Source: Verrucomicrobiota bacterium
GTDB taxonomy: Bacteria; Verrucomicrobiota; Verrucomicrobiia; Limisphaerales; Palsa-1400
DNA length: 64,000 nucleotides
Direction: 5' to 3'
Assembly: GCA_049517295.1 (NCBI GenBank)
Contig: JBEKSF010000013.1
Span: forward strand, 2,087 to 66,086
Positions 28,394-39,240 of the stretch are shown piece by piece (within the stretch, counting starts at the first letter, position 1; each line of letters begins with the position of its first letter). Position numbers and translations under genes: made by a program. Below the pieces are notes generated by a model that worked only from the letters and a program-made list of their open reading frames with translations, made no database searches and was not told where the DNA came from.

Positions 28394-29584
28394 TCAAGTC
28401 ACCGCGTTCAGTTCCAGCGGCACGCGCACGAAGAGCGTCGTGCCCGCGCCCGGGCTGGATTCGATGTCCAAGGTTCCGCCGGCCAGGGTGAGGCGTTCGC
28501 GCATTCCCAACAGGCCTAATCTGCCGTTGGTGCTGAAGGAACGGAACGCGTTGGTTGCGTCAAATCCGGCGCCATCGTCTTCCAAAATCAGGGAGACGTA
28601 GGCGGGACGGCGTTCCAGCAGGACGCTGACGCGCTTTGCGCTGGCATGGCGGGCGACGTTGGTGAGCGCTTCCTGGGTGACGCGGTAGAGCGTGGTTTCC
28701 AATTCCAGCGGCAGCCGGTGTTTTTCGACGCCATTACTGTGCCAGTCCACCGGCACGCCGGTGTTTTCGGACCAGTGGCTTGTGAAGCGGCGCAGGGCGG
28801 CGTCCAATCCGAGATCATCCAACACGGCCGGGTGCAATTCCCACGCCAGCCGATGGGTTTCCCGCATCAAGCCGCTGGTCAAATCCACGAGCTTTGTGAC
28901 GCCGCGCTGCACGTCCTGGGCGAAGGGACATTGTTTCTGAAGCAATTGAAGGCCCAGTTTGAGCGCGGTGAGGTCCTGGCCCAGGCGGTCGTGGAGATCA
29001 CGGGAGATGCGCGCCCGTTCGGTCTCCTCCGACTCTTTGAGGCGGCGCAATATCTGCTTCTGCGCACTTTCGGCCTGCTGGCGACGGGCGATTTCGGACT
29101 GCAGCTCGCGGTTGGCAGCCGATAATTCGGCGGTTCGTTCCTGGACCCGCGCTTCGAGTTGATCGCGTTGGCGCTCCAACTCGGTTTCCATCCGCTTGCG
29201 CTCGATTGCGTAACGGATGGCGCGGGAAGTCTGGCGCCCGTGGGCCTGGGCTTTGATCAGGTAATCCTGAATCCCCTGCCGCAGTGCATCCAGCGCAACG
29301 GCTTCATCATCGACACCGGTCATCACGACAATGGGCAGGTACGGCGCTTGGGCGCGCGCCCGGAGATAGGTATCGGATCCGGCGCTGTCCGGCAGCGACA
29401 GGTCCAGCAACAGCACATCGAACCTGGCGCGGCGCAAGTGTTCGAGTCCCTCGGCCAGCCGTTCGGCGTGAGTGATTTCAAAGGGTCCGATACCGTCCTT
29501 GTTCAATGCCTCTTGCAAGAGCGCCGTGTCGGAGGGGCTGTCTTCGACGAGCAGGACCTGGATCGGGCCGGCGCTCATAATCAC
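28394..29584 (-). CDS. REC-domain HisKA_3 histidine kinase
   Basis: N-terminal REC ([13 protein letters not shown]); [12 protein letters not shown]; EALTNVARH; DDGAGF; LGLLGMRER. Confidence 0.9.
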   Translation of the reverse strand: MIMSAGPIQVLLVEDSPSDTALLQEALNKDGIGPFEITHAERLAEGLEHLRRARFDVLLLDLSLPDSAGSDTYLRARAQAPYLPIVVMTGVDDEAVALDALRQGIQDYLIKAQAHGRQTSRAIRYAIERKRMETELERQRDQLEARVQERTAELSAANRELQSEIARRQQAESAQKQILRRLKESEETERARISRDLHDRLGQDLTALKLGLQLLQKQCPFAQDVQRGVTKLVDLTSGLMRETHRLAWELHPAVLDDLGLDAALRRFTSHWSENTGVPVDWHSNGVEKHRLPLELETTLYRVTQEALTNVARHASAKRVSVLLERRPAYVSLILEDDGAGFDATNAFRSFSTNGRLGLLGMRERLTLAGGTLDIESSPGAGTTLFVRVPLELNAVT

Positions 29585-30072
29585 GCGTCCTTGGGCGGCA
29601 GTTTCACGACGGCAAGCCAGAAATTCTCAATGGCTTTGACGACCTCAATGAACTGTCGAAAATCGACGGGCTTGGTGATGTAACAATTGGCGTTAAGCTG
29701 GTAGGCGCGCAGGACGTCCTGCTCGGCATGGGAGGTGGTCAGCACGACGATTGGGATCGTTCGCAGCTTTGCATCGGCCTTGATTTCCGCCAGCACTTCG
29801 CGGCCATCTTTGCGGGGCAGATTAAGGTCCAGCAGGATCATGTCCGGCCGGGGCGCGGCGGTAAACGGCCCCTGGCGGCGCAGGAACTGCATAGCCTTGA
29901 CGCCGTCATCGACAATGGTGAGGTGGTTGACGACCTTGCCTTTCTGCAAGGCCTCGACGGTCAGGTCGGTGTCGCTGGGGCTGTCTTCAACGAGCAGGAT
30001 TTCAATCGGCACGCCCAGGCCGGGATTTTCGGCGTTCATAGTGTTGATCCCAATCTCAGCATTGGTTGTCAT
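29581..30072 (-). CDS. Single-domain response regulator (Rcp1-like)
   Basis: [31 protein letters not shown]. Confidence 0.9.
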   Translation of the reverse strand: MTTNAEIGINTMNAENPGLGVPIEILLVEDSPSDTDLTVEALQKGKVVNHLTIVDDGVKAMQFLRRQGPFTAAPRPDMILLDLNLPRKDGREVLAEIKADAKLRTIPIVVLTTSHAEQDVLRAYQLNANCYITKPVDFRQFIEVVKAIENFWLAVVKLPPKDA

Positions 30073-33000
30073 TCGGTTTCGCGCGGGCAGCCAGCCGGAG
30101 CCGGTTGCGGCGCTTCTTCACGGGCTGATTGTACCTGTTTGTCGGGAATGGTAAAGCAAAAAGTGGAGCCGCGGCCCGGCTGGGACTGGACGGAAATCCT
30201 GCCGCCGTGGCGCTCGACGATTTTCTTGCAGATGGCCAGGCCGATGCCTGTGCCGGGGTACTCTTTGCGGGTGTGCAAGCGCTGGAAGATTTGGAAGATG
30301 CGCTCGAAGTATTGAGGCTCAATGCCGATGCCGTTGTCCCGCACCGCAAACAACCATTGGCCCGGCTGGGGTTCGGCGCTGATGTGGATTTCGGGCGCCG
30401 CCTTGCCCCGAAACTTGAGGGCGTTTCCGATCAGGTTCTGGAATAGTTGGGACATCTGGGTGGCGTCCACAGTGAGCGGGGGCAGCGGATCGCGGGTGAT
30501 TGTGGCGCCGGAATCTCTAATGCTGGCGTTGAGCCTGCTCAAGGCGGCGTCCAGAGCGGCGTTGAGGTCGGAGGGTTGGAAGGCCTTGGTGCTTGTGCCC
30601 ACACGCGAGAGTTCCAGCAGGTCGATGATAAGAGCATGCATGCGCTCGGCGCCCTGAATCGCCCCGGCGATCTGGAGCCGGCCTTTGTCGTCGAGAGTAT
30701 CGTGGAACCGCTCGTCAATCAGGCTGAGGTAGCCGGCCACGGCCCGCAACGGCTCTTGCAAATCATGGGAAGCGACGTAGGCAAACTGCTGCAATTCCTC
30801 GTTTGAGCGGGCCAGTTCGTCGGCTGTCCGCCGCAAGGCCTCTTCGGCGCGTTTGCGAGCTGTAATGTCGTGCTTGATGGCGATGAAGTGGGTCACATCA
30901 GCGCCGCTGGCGCGGACGGGGGCGATTGCCATCTCTTCGCTATAAAGGGAGCCGTCTTTGCGGCGGTTGACCAATTCACCCTGCCAGGGTTCACCGCGCA
31001 GAATTGTGAGCCACATTTGGCGGTAGAATTCGGGAGGATGCTTGCCGGATTTAAGGACGCGCGGGTTTTTGCCCACGGCTTCCTCCAGTGTGTAACCGGT
31101 CAGACGGGTGAAGGCCGGATTGGTCCAGAGGATATGGCCCTGCCGGTCGGTGATGACGATGCCGTTGACGGCCGACTCGACGGCAGTGGAGAGCAGGCGC
31201 AATTGCTCCTCGGACCGCGCCCGTTCAGCGCGCAATCGCAGGGTCGAGACGCCCTGAGCCAGGTCGCCTGCCAAGTCGGTCAGCACTTTGACTTCGTCGT
31301 CGGAAAAGGAATTTGGCTGCGTGGAGTAGATTGTGACGGCGCCAAAGGCCTCGCCTTCGGCCAGCAACGGGATCGCAAGAGAAGAAGCGAAACCGTGTTT
31401 GAGCGCCTCCTGGCGCCACGGGGCAAATGCGGGATCGGTCCGCATGTCTCTGCACACGCACGGCTTTCCGGTGCGAATGGCGGCGCCGGTGGGGCCGCGG
31501 CCCCGTTCGGTATCTGCCCAGGTGAGGCGCAAGGTTGCGAGGTAGCCTGCCTCCAGACCGGCGCAAGCCGCCAACCGGACAGTCTTGGCCTCGTCGTTCT
31601 CGGCAAAACCGACCCAAGCCATCGCATGTCCGCAAGCTTGAACAATGATCTGGCAGACCTCTTCCAGATATTTGGCTTCGTCCCGGGCGCGCATCATCGC
31701 CTGATTGCTGTCGTAGAGCGCCTTGAGGGTCCGGTTAAGTCGGCGAAGTTCTTCTTCCTTGCGCTTGCGCTCGGTGATGTCGCGCACGATCTTGGACACC
31801 GCGACAACTTGCCCGGTGCCATCGGTGATTGCGGAAACGGTAACCGAGGCGTCGAAGAGGCGGCCGTCCTTGGCCATGCGCACCGTGTCGTAACTAGAGA
31901 CACGCTCGCCCCGCTTGATTCGCTGGAGAATCCATTCCTCCTCTTCCAAATGTTGGGGCGGAATGAGCACCGTGATGGGTTTGCCGATGATCTCGCCGGC
32001 CCGATAGCCGAACATTCTTTCGGCCCCGGCATTCCAGCTCCGAATGGTTCCGTTCAGGTCCCTGGAAAAGATTGCGTCGTCGGAGGACTCCACAATGGCC
32101 CCCAAAAGCGCCTTGGATTCAGCGTCACGTTTGCGCGCGGCCTCCATGCTGGCTTGAAGCTCGGCATCTCGAGCGCGGGCGTGGGCACGGTGAATGGATT
32201 GGGCCATCCAACTGATCATTGCGGAACTTCCAAGAAAGATCGCCAGACCGAGCCAATCGGCCGCATCCCGGACGGTGAACTGATGCACCGGTTCAATCAA
32301 GTAGTAGTCGGCCAGAGCGGCCGAGACAGCGGCTGTGAGCAAGCCCGCCGAAAGGCCGCCGTAAAGCGCGGCGAGCATCACGGCGGGATAGAAGGTGAGA
32401 TAGACGTTGCGCGTGCCAAGATTCTGCAAGAGACCCAAACGCAGCATAGCGGCGAGGACGGCAAGGAGGATGGCGGCAATAAAACGCAACCACTTCCGCC
32501 AGCGCGTCATTGTGGCGACCATTCCAGCCAGGAGCGTCAACAGCCGTTGCCCCGGACGGGCAAACAACAGGCCGATGCATGTGATAAGCCCGGCCACCGC
32601 AGCCGGAAACGACATGGCAGTGGCCAGCGGGCTGGGCGAGTAAAGAATCGAAGCGCCGCAGAGATAGCCCAGCAGCGCCGTGAGAGAGATAAACCCTTCC
32701 AGCACGATCAGATACTGGGCGGGCCGATGTCCGTGCCGCATGCGCACATCCAGCAGGAGGAGCGACGCACCGGCCAACAGAAAGGTCAAAGCGGTGGCGG
32801 GCGCCATCCTGCCCGGATAAGGGGTGCGGACTGTTCCCGCCGGCTCGGTGAAGAGCAGTTGATCGATCCGCAGGTTCCATCCACATGCGTATTCTACCAG
32901 CGTGAGCAAGCCCAGCGTCGTGACGACTGCCGCGGCGGCCCATGCCGCCAAGCGGTTTGGACGAAAGCCGGCGCGCTTGGCCTGGGACAACCACAAGGAA

Positions 33001-33194
33001 AGTCCGATCAGCATGAAAGCCACCGCCGTGTTCGCCTTAATCGCAACCAGATTGGGATCGAGGCTTTTCAGGACGGCGGAGTCAAATACCCAACCGGCCA
33101 GGGCCAACGCGCCGACGCCGAAGACCGTGAGCGCGGCTCCCGGAGAGACGGCTTCCAGCAAACCCACAAGAGGTGAAGGGTCCCGGTTGGTCAT
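30069..33194 (-). CDS. Membrane multi-sensor histidine kinase (TMs, DUF4118-like, PAS, GAF, PAS, HisKA, HATPase)
   Basis: PAS ([12 protein letters not shown]; [10 protein letters not shown]), GAF ([12 protein letters not shown]), [27 protein letters not shown]. Confidence 0.93.
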   Translation of the reverse strand: MTNRDPSPLVGLLEAVSPGAALTVFGVGALALAGWVFDSAVLKSLDPNLVAIKANTAVAFMLIGLSLWLSQAKRAGFRPNRLAAWAAAAVVTTLGLLTLVEYACGWNLRIDQLLFTEPAGTVRTPYPGRMAPATALTFLLAGASLLLLDVRMRHGHRPAQYLIVLEGFISLTALLGYLCGASILYSPSPLATAMSFPAAVAGLITCIGLLFARPGQRLLTLLAGMVATMTRWRKWLRFIAAILLAVLAAMLRLGLLQNLGTRNVYLTFYPAVMLAALYGGLSAGLLTAAVSAALADYYLIEPVHQFTVRDAADWLGLAIFLGSSAMISWMAQSIHRAHARARDAELQASMEAARKRDAESKALLGAIVESSDDAIFSRDLNGTIRSWNAGAERMFGYRAGEIIGKPITVLIPPQHLEEEEWILQRIKRGERVSSYDTVRMAKDGRLFDASVTVSAITDGTGQVVAVSKIVRDITERKRKEEELRRLNRTLKALYDSNQAMMRARDEAKYLEEVCQIIVQACGHAMAWVGFAENDEAKTVRLAACAGLEAGYLATLRLTWADTERGRGPTGAAIRTGKPCVCRDMRTDPAFAPWRQEALKHGFASSLAIPLLAEGEAFGAVTIYSTQPNSFSDDEVKVLTDLAGDLAQGVSTLRLRAERARSEEQLRLLSTAVESAVNGIVITDRQGHILWTNPAFTRLTGYTLEEAVGKNPRVLKSGKHPPEFYRQMWLTILRGEPWQGELVNRRKDGSLYSEEMAIAPVRASGADVTHFIAIKHDITARKRAEEALRRTADELARSNEELQQFAYVASHDLQEPLRAVAGYLSLIDERFHDTLDDKGRLQIAGAIQGAERMHALIIDLLELSRVGTSTKAFQPSDLNAALDAALSRLNASIRDSGATITRDPLPPLTVDATQMSQLFQNLIGNALKFRGKAAPEIHISAEPQPGQWLFAVRDNGIGIEPQYFERIFQIFQRLHTRKEYPGTGIGLAICKKIVERHGGRISVQSQPGRGSTFCFTIPDKQVQSAREEAPQPAPAGCPRETE

Positions 33195-33388
33195 AAGTTG
33201 GGGAGTGGTTTTACGTGACGGACGGCGGCTTGAAGTTCGACGCGCAATGGCCAGGCCATTGAAGCAGTCTGCAACCGTTCGCCGCCCTCGTCAAAGCCAA
33301 ATTGACGCCCGAAATCGGCCCTCGGTCAAGACGCCGACACCGCCGCCAACGACCTTGATTGCTTAAGAAGGCGCCGCGCCGCGCCCGA

Positions 33389-34087
33389 TCAGGCCGTCGG
33401 CACGGTGTGAAAAAGGCAGCGCAGTTCCTCCTCGACCTCCGCGGGAGAGGCCACCAGATTGGCGATCTCCTCGCGCAGGACCTCGCAGTAACGCTGGCGC
33501 AGGCGCTGGACGAAGGCGCGCACGATGTTCTCGGCGATGTCCAGGCTGCGCGCCAGTTCGGCGCAGGGCAGGGCGTCGGCACTCTCGGTCAAACAAAACT
33601 TCAGGGAAGCGAACCATTCGCCCTGGCCCGCCTGTTCGTATTCCAGCTTCAGACGGTCATAGACGACGGTAAGCACGGCCAGGGCCCAGTTGCGCTCGAA
33701 GACCTTCTCGGTGGCGGGGGAATCGGGCGGGGCGGCCGGTTTCAGGGAGCGGCCTTTGCGGCATTCATCGACCAGGAAATGGTTCATGGCGCTGAGAAGG
33801 AAGGACCTGAACTTGCCGCAGTCGCGGCGCATGTAGGCCAGGGTTTTACCGCGCAGCAGCCGGGCGAAAAACTCCTGGGTCAGTTCCTTGGACTCTTCGG
33901 GCGGGTAGCCGCGGAGGCGCACGTAGGCGTAGAGCGGATACCAATAGGTGTGGCAGAGTTGACCCAGGGCCTGCATGGCCCGGGCGGTGTCTTGCCGGCG
34001 TGCCCGGAGCACGACGGCCCAATGAGGGGCGGCGCCAGCCGCCGGGCGCATGTCAGAGGTCATAATTATTTTGGCGCGGGCGCTCAC
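33389..34087 (-). CDS. ECF-type sigma-70 factor (Verrucomicrobia/Planctomycetes type)
   Basis: HWAVVL, LCHTYWYPLYAYVR, GKFRSFLL, RLRQRY..LREEIA. Start uncertain (34087, 34063 or 34051). Confidence 0.85.
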   Translation of the reverse strand: MSARAKIIMTSDMRPAAGAAPHWAVVLRARRQDTARAMQALGQLCHTYWYPLYAYVRLRGYPPEESKELTQEFFARLLRGKTLAYMRRDCGKFRSFLLSAMNHFLVDECRKGRSLKPAAPPDSPATEKVFERNWALAVLTVVYDRLKLEYEQAGQGEWFASLKFCLTESADALPCAELARSLDIAENIVRAFVQRLRQRYCEVLREEIANLVASPAEVEEELRCLFHTVPTA

Positions 34088-34288
34088 AGGCGCCGCGTTG
34101 CAATGGACTTTGGCGGTTCATCGTCCATTGGGTATAGCGCAACGCGACCCGGACCGCAATCATCTTTCATCCGGGGCGGCGGATTCAGCGGGCAGGGTGA
34201 GCGGTCTGCGACATTGACATGGCTCGTAAACTGCTATATACACGCGGGGGAAGGACGTTTAGTGTTGAAACAGTCAAATCGTCGCGCC

Positions 34289-34741
34289 ATGAAAATCAGC
34301 CAGACAGACCGGGTCAAGCCATGTCCAGCGGCCTTTACGTTGATCGAGGTCGCCGTGGCGGTGGCAGTAATGGGCTTGGTGATGGCGGGCATGTTCGAGG
34401 GGTACATCCTGGCCTCTCGGCGCGCCCAATATGCGTCCTATTCACTGGCGGCCAGTGCCCAGGCCATGTTGCGGATGGAGCGGATCGTCGGCTCCTCCTG
34501 GACTGTTTCCGGCACGCCCTGCACGAATCTCTTCAATCCCTCGCTGACCAACACCACGACGGTGGCGTTGTGCATGCCCAGTAACGGGACAAATCTGGCC
34601 TACGCCACCAATATAGTGACCGTTCAGCAACTTTCAACCAATCCGCCATACGTGTGGGTGCAAGTCAGTTGTGTGTGGGGGTTCATGGGTTTGGGCACTT
34701 TCACCAACACCGTCGGTCTTTTGAAGGCGCCAAGTACATGA
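34289..34741 (+). CDS. Minor (pseudo)pilin, PilV/GspI-like
   Basis: AA|FTLIEVAVAVAVMGLVM; the true gene is the C-terminal part of ORF 33359..34741. Confidence 0.82.
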   Translation: MKISQTDRVKPCPAAFTLIEVAVAVAVMGLVMAGMFEGYILASRRAQYASYSLAASAQAMLRMERIVGSSWTVSGTPCTNLFNPSLTNTTTVALCMPSNGTNLAYATNIVTVQQLSTNPPYVWVQVSCVWGFMGLGTFTNTVGLLKAPST

Positions 34742-35394
34742 AGTTGAGCTTGTCCAAAAGGACAGAGTGGGAGTGCCGAAGCGGCTTTACGCTGGCCGAA
34801 TCGTTGGTGGCCATGGCAACGATGGTCTTGGTCATCGGCGGCATGGTGGCGGCCAACATGTTCGGCTTGGCGATGGCCGTCCGGCAGCAAATCTGGCTCA
34901 GCGCCAGCGATGACGGCGCCCGGGCGCTGGGCAAATTGATGACCGACATCCGGTCGGGAGCGTCCAATTATGTGGGCAGTTACACCGGCAGCAACGGATT
35001 GACCGGGTGGACGATGTGCCCTGTGACCACCAACCAGCAGCAGGGGAATGCCCTGTTGTGCTATCAGGGCAACACCAGCGGCGGCACCAACGCAGCTTGG
35101 GTCATTTATTATTACGATTCAGTCAGCAACATCCTGTGGCGGACGAACTATACAGGCTCGAACTACGGTGATTTCGACCAGGTATCGGCCAATCCGATCA
35201 CCAATGACTACTCAATTTTCCGGGAATACGACTACCTGATGAATCCGATCACCAACAACACGACCGCCCAGCCGATCATCCAGGTTTACCTCTCGTTCAC
35301 CAAGTTGCAGAACCCGCAGATCGTCATTGCCCCGGGCAACCCGGTGGACTTTTACCAAATCATCACCTACGCCGCTTCACGAAACATACCATGA
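34738..35394 (+). CDS. Minor (pseudo)pilin, PilW/GspJ-like
   Basis: SG|FTLAESLVAMATMVLVIGG; ATGA overlap with the upstream gene. Confidence 0.82.
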   Translation: MKLSLSKRTEWECRSGFTLAESLVAMATMVLVIGGMVAANMFGLAMAVRQQIWLSASDDGARALGKLMTDIRSGASNYVGSYTGSNGLTGWTMCPVTTNQQQGNALLCYQGNTSGGTNAAWVIYYYDSVSNILWRTNYTGSNYGDFDQVSANPITNDYSIFREYDYLMNPITNNTTAQPIIQVYLSFTKLQNPQIVIAPGNPVDFYQIITYAASRNIP

Positions 35395-37583
35395 GACTCA
35401 GATCATCCAAAGCCGGGACACGCAAAGAGGGTTGGGCGCTGCTCGTCGTCATGTCGCTGGCGGCGACCAGCATGCTGGTCATGGCCAGCGTCATGAACTG
35501 GGCCAATGAAAACTCCATGGTTGTGGCGCGCAATAACGAGTACTTTACCACCACCTATGCGGCCGAGGCCGCCACCGAGAAGGTCCTCGGGGCGATGGTG
35601 CAGGACGACCAGAATTACGGCGAGGGCCTGGTATTCAGCCAGACCAGCTACTATAGTTCACTGCTTCCCGGCGCCAATGACAGCGTTCCGCCGGGGTACT
35701 GGACCAACTATCAGTTCAGCGGCGGCACGACCAACAACATCGTCATCGTCGAGAAGGTGGGCGCCGTGACCAACGTTTCGCTGGGGCCGCCATACTCCGG
35801 GTTGAATTCGCAGGGAGCCACCTACGAAATCATTGCCAACGCGCAAGACATGTCTTCCCCGTACGGCATCATTAGCACCGTCGGCCAGCAGATCATTTTC
35901 TTGCAGATTCCCATTTTCCAATTCGCGATCTTCTACAACGACACGATGGAGGTTGACCCCGGGGCGACCATGAACGTGAACGGGTTGGTGCATGGCAACA
36001 CCAATATTTATCTCGATCCCAATTCGGGCGTCCCGTTGACCTTTTCCAACGATGTTTCGGGGTCGGGAAACATCTACTTGTCAGAGAACCCATCGGATCC
36101 GACGACCACGCGGCCGGCCAACTCCACGACGGTCACATTCGATGGACAGCACCTCAGCGGCGTCAACCCGCTGCTTCTGCCCGTGGGCACCAATATCTCT
36201 GGAAACACCACCAACGTCGCCCAAAACGTCGATGCCATTTTGCAACTTCCCCCCGCCGGCGAGTCGCCCAACTCCTCGACCGGCACCAACCGGCTGTATA
36301 ACCAGGCGGACATGATTATTACCATCTCCAATGGCAATGTCATTACCGTGACCAGCGGGGTCCTGCCCAACAACATGGCAACGACCATCTCCAACAATCA
36401 ATGGTCCCTGTTTGTCAATACCAACAACAGCTTTTACGACCTGCGCGAAAGCCCGGCCGGAACCATCCCCGTGGATCCGCTGAATATCGATGTCGGCAAA
36501 CTGCGCCAGTGGAGCGCGACCAACACCACGCTGCGGCCGGTCCTGGCAAGTATCCGCCCATCGGAGCCGGATGTGCAGTCGATTTTTGTGGCGGACATGC
36601 GCTCGACGAGCAACATGGTGATCACCACCAATATCACCTATGCCACCAACACGAGCACGGTCACGGTCACCGGCTACCAGAACTTCCCGGCGGCGAACAC
36701 CTACGAACCGCCCGTCACCACCAACACTATGACCACGACGAGCGGGACGTTTCCCCCGGCCAACTCGTATGTTGTGCCCCCTGCGATAACGACCAACTTC
36801 ACGGTGGTCACCAACTCGACCAGGCCCACCTCAAACTATGTGGGAACGATAACGACCAACGGCTCCGGGAGTGGCAAAACCTACACCTACGACCAAATTA
36901 CCGGTTACATCTATGGCGGTGTCACCGGCTACACCTACTCGGAGATCACCGGCGTCACGACCAACACGATTTACACCACCAACTACATTCAATTCGCCAT
37001 GCCCGGGATCGTCCTGACCAACGGCGCTTCCCTGCCTTCCAACGGCCTTTCGATCGTCACGCCCGACCCGGCCTATATTGAGGGGAATTGGAACGTCTAT
37101 AGCAATAACAGCACGTCCACCGCGGGAAGCGGCACGGTCGCCGGGACGCTTCCCAGCGCGATCTATGCCGATGCGATCACGATCCTGTCACCGGCCTGGA
37201 ACCCCAACAACAGCACGGCGTCCATAAGCTCGACAAGCTCGCGCAACGCGTCCACCGACACGGTCAATGCGGCCTTCATGACGGGCAATGTTCCCTCCAA
37301 CGGAAACTACTATAGCGGAGGGGTGGAGAACTTCCCGCGTTTTCTGGAGAACTGGAGCGGCCAGACTTTTTGGTACAGCGGCTCGATGGTGGAGATGTTT
37401 TCCAGCCAGATTGCCAACGCCCCCTGGCCGGGCACGGGAACGGTCTATAATCCCCCGACGCGAAACTGGGCGTTCGACACCAACTTCAACAACGCAAATA
37501 ATTTGCCGCCGCTGACGCCGCATGTCATGTATCTGAACCGGGCCAAGTGGACGACGCTGCCCCCGCGCACGACTCAATTTTGA
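35391..37583 (+). CDS. Large PilX/GspK-like minor pilin with Thr/Asn-rich insertion
   Basis: EG|WALLVVMSL (no Glu5, as in PilX/GspK); AAEAATEK; C-terminal YSGGVENFPRFLENW...PPTRNWAFD; ATGA-coupled. Confidence 0.78.
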   Translation: MRLRSSKAGTRKEGWALLVVMSLAATSMLVMASVMNWANENSMVVARNNEYFTTTYAAEAATEKVLGAMVQDDQNYGEGLVFSQTSYYSSLLPGANDSVPPGYWTNYQFSGGTTNNIVIVEKVGAVTNVSLGPPYSGLNSQGATYEIIANAQDMSSPYGIISTVGQQIIFLQIPIFQFAIFYNDTMEVDPGATMNVNGLVHGNTNIYLDPNSGVPLTFSNDVSGSGNIYLSENPSDPTTTRPANSTTVTFDGQHLSGVNPLLLPVGTNISGNTTNVAQNVDAILQLPPAGESPNSSTGTNRLYNQADMIITISNGNVITVTSGVLPNNMATTISNNQWSLFVNTNNSFYDLRESPAGTIPVDPLNIDVGKLRQWSATNTTLRPVLASIRPSEPDVQSIFVADMRSTSNMVITTNITYATNTSTVTVTGYQNFPAANTYEPPVTTNTMTTTSGTFPPANSYVVPPAITTNFTVVTNSTRPTSNYVGTITTNGSGSGKTYTYDQITGYIYGGVTGYTYSEITGVTTNTIYTTNYIQFAMPGIVLTNGASLPSNGLSIVTPDPAYIEGNWNVYSNNSTSTAGSGTVAGTLPSAIYADAITILSPAWNPNNSTASISSTSSRNASTDTVNAAFMTGNVPSNGNYYSGGVENFPRFLENWSGQTFWYSGSMVEMFSSQIANAPWPGTGTVYNPPTRNWAFDTNFNNANNLPPLTPHVMYLNRAKWTTLPPRTTQF

Positions 37584-37587
37584 AACC

Positions 37588-38166
37588 ATGATCCGACCCC
37601 GACCGCTCCATTGGATGGCAGTGGCCGCGGCGCTGGCTTTGGCAGCGCCGGCCCAACCCGAATTCAAGACCTCGACCGCGGAACTGCAAATGGCCGAGGG
37701 CGGGCGCGAGAGTGTGGTGCTGATTGAATCCGGCGCCGAACGTTTTGCGATCAGCATTCCCAAAACCTACGGCATGCAAATCCAGCAGTACAAACAGAGC
37801 ATCGTCTTTACCTCCACCAACGGCGCCAGTGTGATGACCGTGCGGATGACCACCAATTACGCCGGGGCGCTGCCCAAAAAGGAGGAATTGCAGGAGGCCG
37901 TCCTGGAAAATAATCGGGGCGCGTCGCTCGTGCAGGCCGTTCGCTGCTTCACCGGCAGCGGGCCTGGCCTCTGTTTTGATCTGGTTCGTCCGCTGAGCGG
38001 GGGCCTGGTCCTGCGGATGCGCGACGCGTATGTCTCGTGCGCGCAGGGGAGCTTCGAGTTCTTCTTTTCCTGCAACGGGGCTGAATACGACCGGCAGAAA
38101 ATCGGTTTTGAACGCTTATTAAATTCCTTCCGCGCGCTGCCCAAACCTGCTAAGAAGGAGCCATGA
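37588..38166 (+). CDS. Secreted hypothetical protein
   Basis: Signal peptide (AVAAALALAAPAQP); tightly packed in the operon. Confidence 0.7.
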   Translation: MIRPRPLHWMAVAAALALAAPAQPEFKTSTAELQMAEGGRESVVLIESGAERFAISIPKTYGMQIQQYKQSIVFTSTNGASVMTVRMTTNYAGALPKKEELQEAVLENNRGASLVQAVRCFTGSGPGLCFDLVRPLSGGLVLRMRDAYVSCAQGSFEFFFSCNGAEYDRQKIGFERLLNSFRALPKPAKKEP

Positions 38167-39227
38167 CATTTCGTTTTTTAAACGGCGCCAGGCAGCGCGA
38201 CCAGGTTTTTGCCATCGATTTGGGAACCCGCACAACCAAAGCAGTGTTACTGGACCGCAAGGCCGACGGTTTGAGTCTTTCCCGGTTCACCGTGCAGGAC
38301 GCGCCAATATACGACAAGGCCCTGCCGCAGGGCCTGTTGACCGAACATCTGCGCGCCATTGTCGAGGCGGTGCAGCCAAAAACCAAGCACGTGACCATCG
38401 CAATCGGGGCGGGCGACTCGGTATTGCGGAGCACCGAATTGCCGTTGATGCCGCTGTCGGAGATGCGGCAGATGCTCAAGTTCAACGCCAAGAACTATCT
38501 TCAGCAGGACCTCAAGGACTACATATTTGACTGTTATATCGTGCCCCCGCGCGGCAAGCAGCCTGCCGAGCCGTCGAAGGCCGGTGTGACCAAATACAAG
38601 GTGTGGGTGGGGGGCACCCGGCGCGAGTTGCTGACGACGATCGAGTCGGCGGTGAAGGCCGCCGGGCTGTCGGCCACCCATGTCACGCTGGCCCTGCTCG
38701 GTCCCATCAATGCCCTGGAACTGTCGCAGCCGGAAGCGCACAGCAAGGATGTCGTCGCGCTGGTTGATCTGGGATTCAAAACCTCCAGCATCAGCATCCT
38801 GGCCGAAGGCGAATTATGCCTGAGCCGCTCGGTGGAATTGGGGGGGGACCGGCTGACGACAGGCTTGTCCGAGGCCATGAGCATCACCTACGCCGAAGCC
38901 GAGGGTATCAAGGTGGGCATGCCGCAGGAGGTGGAAGCACATTTGCAGCCGTTGGTTTCGGCTCTGGGGCGGGAACTGCGGGCATCGATTGATTTCTTCG
39001 AGCATCAGCGGGAAAAGACGGTGAGCAAGGTATTGCTCTCCGGCGGCCCTGCCCGCTCGGAGTTTCTGGTGCAACTGTTGCAATCGGAGTTGGGGGTGAC
39101 CAGCAAGACATGGTATCCCACCGAGGGACTCAAGCTCTCGCTGGGATCCCAGCAGATGACGGAAATCGAGCAGGTTTCCACCGTGCTGACCGTGGCCATC
39201 GGCACCGCCGCCATGTCAGCGGCTTGA
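38163..39227 (+). CDS. pilM: Type IV pilus assembly actin-like protein PilM
   Basis: AIDLGTRTTK, LVDLGFKTS, LGGDRLT, ELRASIDFF, LLSGG. Confidence 0.85.
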   Translation: MTFRFLNGARQRDQVFAIDLGTRTTKAVLLDRKADGLSLSRFTVQDAPIYDKALPQGLLTEHLRAIVEAVQPKTKHVTIAIGAGDSVLRSTELPLMPLSEMRQMLKFNAKNYLQQDLKDYIFDCYIVPPRGKQPAEPSKAGVTKYKVWVGGTRRELLTTIESAVKAAGLSATHVTLALLGPINALELSQPEAHSKDVVALVDLGFKTSSISILAEGELCLSRSVELGGDRLTTGLSEAMSITYAEAEGIKVGMPQEVEAHLQPLVSALGRELRASIDFFEHQREKTVSKVLLSGGPARSEFLVQLLQSELGVTSKTWYPTEGLKLSLGSQQMTEIEQVSTVLTVAIGTAAMSAA

Positions 39228-39240
39228 TTGGCCGCGCAAG

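Noticed and set aside
30870-33176. 768-aa plus-strand ORF
   Set aside because: Antisense shadow of the histidine kinase; no motifs; typical of GC-rich DNA.
33359-34288. Apparent long N-terminal extension of the first minor pilin
   Set aside because: Antisense to the ECF gene; the prepilin motif places the start at 34289.
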